DNA of 64,000 nucleotides from Campylobacteraceae bacterium (GTDB lineage Bacteria; Campylobacterota; Campylobacteria; Campylobacterales; Campylobacteraceae): NCBI GenBank assembly GCA_031268335.1, contig JAIRXG010000025.1, positions 744 to 64,743 of the forward strand, read 5' to 3'. Shown piece by piece: positions 62,661 to 64,000 of this stretch (position 1 is its first letter; each line of letters starts with the position of its first letter). The notes under the pieces were generated by a model. It saw only the letters and a program-made list of their open reading frames with translations, ran no database searches and was not told where the DNA came from. The position numbers and the translations under genes were made by a program.

Positions 62661-64000
62661 ATGATAATTACTAGATTCGCGCCTTCTCCAACAGGCTATC
62701 TTCACATAGGAGGGTTAAGAACGGCGCTTTATAATTATCTGTGGGCAAGACGAAACGGCGGAAAGTTTTTGCTTCGCATAGAAGATACCGATCTTAAAAG
62801 AAATTCTCTTGAAGCCGCGCAAGCCATTAAAGAAGCTTTTGAATGGACAGGGCTTTCGTATGACGGAGAGATAGTTTATCAATCTCAAAGATTTGATTTA
62901 TATAAAGAGTATGTAAAAAAACTTTTGAACGAAGATAAAGCTTACTACTGCTATATGAGCAAAGAAGAGTTAGATGCTTTGCGCGAAGAGCAAGTAGCCA
63001 ATAAACAAAGACCAAGATATAACGGAAAATACAGAGACTTTAAAGGAATTGCGCCGATAGGAGTAGAACCTGTAGTGCGTATAAAAGCGCCTTTAAATGG
63101 AGAGATAATTTTTAATGACGGCGTGAAAGGTCGTATCAGCTTTAAAGCAGAAGATATTTTAGATGATTTTATCATAGCAAGAAGCGATGGCACGCCTACA
63201 TATAATTTGACAGTTGTTATTGACGATGCGCTTATGGGCGTAACAGATGTGATAAGAGGTGACGACCATCTCTCAAATACCCCAAAACAGATAGTGATTT
63301 ACGAAGCTTTGGGATTTAAAGTACCGAAATTTTTTCATGTTCCCATGATAAACAATCCACAAGGCAAAAAACTCTCAAAAAGAGACGGCGCAATGGACGT
63401 TATGGAGTACAAAAACATGGGCTTTTTGAGCGAAGCTCTTTTGAATTTTTTAGTGAGACTTGGCTGGAGTTACGGCGATCAAGAGATATTTTCTTTGAAA
63501 GAGATGATAGAGTTTTTTGACCCTAACAATATAAATGCTTCAGCTTCATCTTACAATCAGCAAAAGTTGGAGTGGCTTAACGCTTGTTACATCAAAAATG
63601 CTACTTCAGCAAGGCTTTGGCAAGAGGCTTTAAACTTTAAACTTGACATAAGAGACAATAAGAATGCCGAACTACTGGCAGATATGTTAAGAGAGCGGGC
63701 GAAAACTATAGTACAGCTTGTTGAAATGACGAATGCCATATTAAGTGAGCCTCAAAATTATGAGCAAAAGGCGATTGAAAAATTTATAACAAAAGAGAGC
63801 GTCTTATATCTTAAAGAGTATTTGAATATACTAAGCAAAAGCAAAGATTTAGAGTTTGCAAATGATTTTGAAAATGTAACAAACGAATTTTTAGAAAAAA
63901 CCGGACTAAAATTAAAAGATATAGCGCAACCCATTAGAATTGCACTTGTCGGAAGCAGCGTAAGTCCATCAATATTTGAAGTGATGAGTGTTATCGGATA
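62661..64000 (+). CDS. gltX: Glutamyl-tRNA synthetase (5' part; ORF continues beyond the window)
   Basis: My translation from ATG 62661 gives MIITRFAPSPTGYLHIGGLRTALYNYL, which contains the HIGH motif, and KLSKRDG (KMSKS) appears later. There is no stop before 64000, so it is absent from the ORF track. Confidence 0.93.
   Translation, partial: MIITRFAPSPTGYLHIGGLRTALYNYLWARRNGGKFLLRIEDTDLKRNSLEAAQAIKEAFEWTGLSYDGEIVYQSQRFDLYKEYVKKLLNEDKAYYCYMSKEELDALREEQVANKQRPRYNGKYRDFKGIAPIGVEPVVRIKAPLNGEIIFNDGVKGRISFKAEDILDDFIIARSDGTPTYNLTVVIDDALMGVTDVIRGDDHLSNTPKQIVIYEALGFKVPKFFHVPMINNPQGKKLSKRDGAMDVMEYKNMGFLSEALLNFLVRLGWSYGDQEIFSLKEMIEFFDPNNINASASSYNQQKLEWLNACYIKNATSARLWQEALNFKLDIRDNKNAELLADMLRERAKTIVQLVEMTNAILSEPQNYEQKAIEKFITKESVLYLKEYLNILSKSKDLEFANDFENVTNEFLEKTGLKLKDIAQPIRIALVGSSVSPSIFEVMSVIG

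Overview
A 64-kb chromosomal window from an AT-rich epsilonproteobacterium, most likely a non-jejuni Campylobacter. DnaK, RecO and HobA resemble Campylobacter/Helicobacter proteins. From memory, gene order matches known blocks: holA-rnr-ilvC-deacetylase-dprA-ruvX, rppH-lysC-hobA-holB-folP, hrcA-grpE-dnaK, slyD-fabD-pfs-PP-loop, and dcd-accB-accC-SurA-like-gltX. About 60 of the roughly 65 genes are housekeeping. I saw no tRNA, rRNA, CRISPR array, IS element or integrase.

Four things stand out:
1. A two-gene accessory module (57379..58413 and 54965..57349, minus strand) sits in an AT-rich pocket between slyD and dcd. It encodes an exported PD40/TolB-like beta-propeller, followed 29 nt later by a 794-aa protein. 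That protein has an N-terminal phospholipase-A2-type motif pair (YCGPGW ... DKACMDHDTAY), a tandem 104-aa repeat, and a C-terminal acidic Ca-binding RTX-associated-like module. It has no signal peptide, and no secretion genes lie nearby. This is my best candidate for an undescribed toxin/effector system.
2. The palindromic octamer TACATGTA (core ACATGT) is strongly over-represented, above all in intergenic DNA. It forms an iteron-like array at 1713-1991.
3. Two diverged paralogs of a giant secreted surface protein (1..894 partial, and 6908..10714) each sit behind a long, very AT-rich upstream region.
4. Two noncoding deserts of about 0.85 kb lie between convergent genes. One carries a possible ParA-like Walker-A remnant.

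All counts and motif calls were made by eye, so they need computational confirmation.
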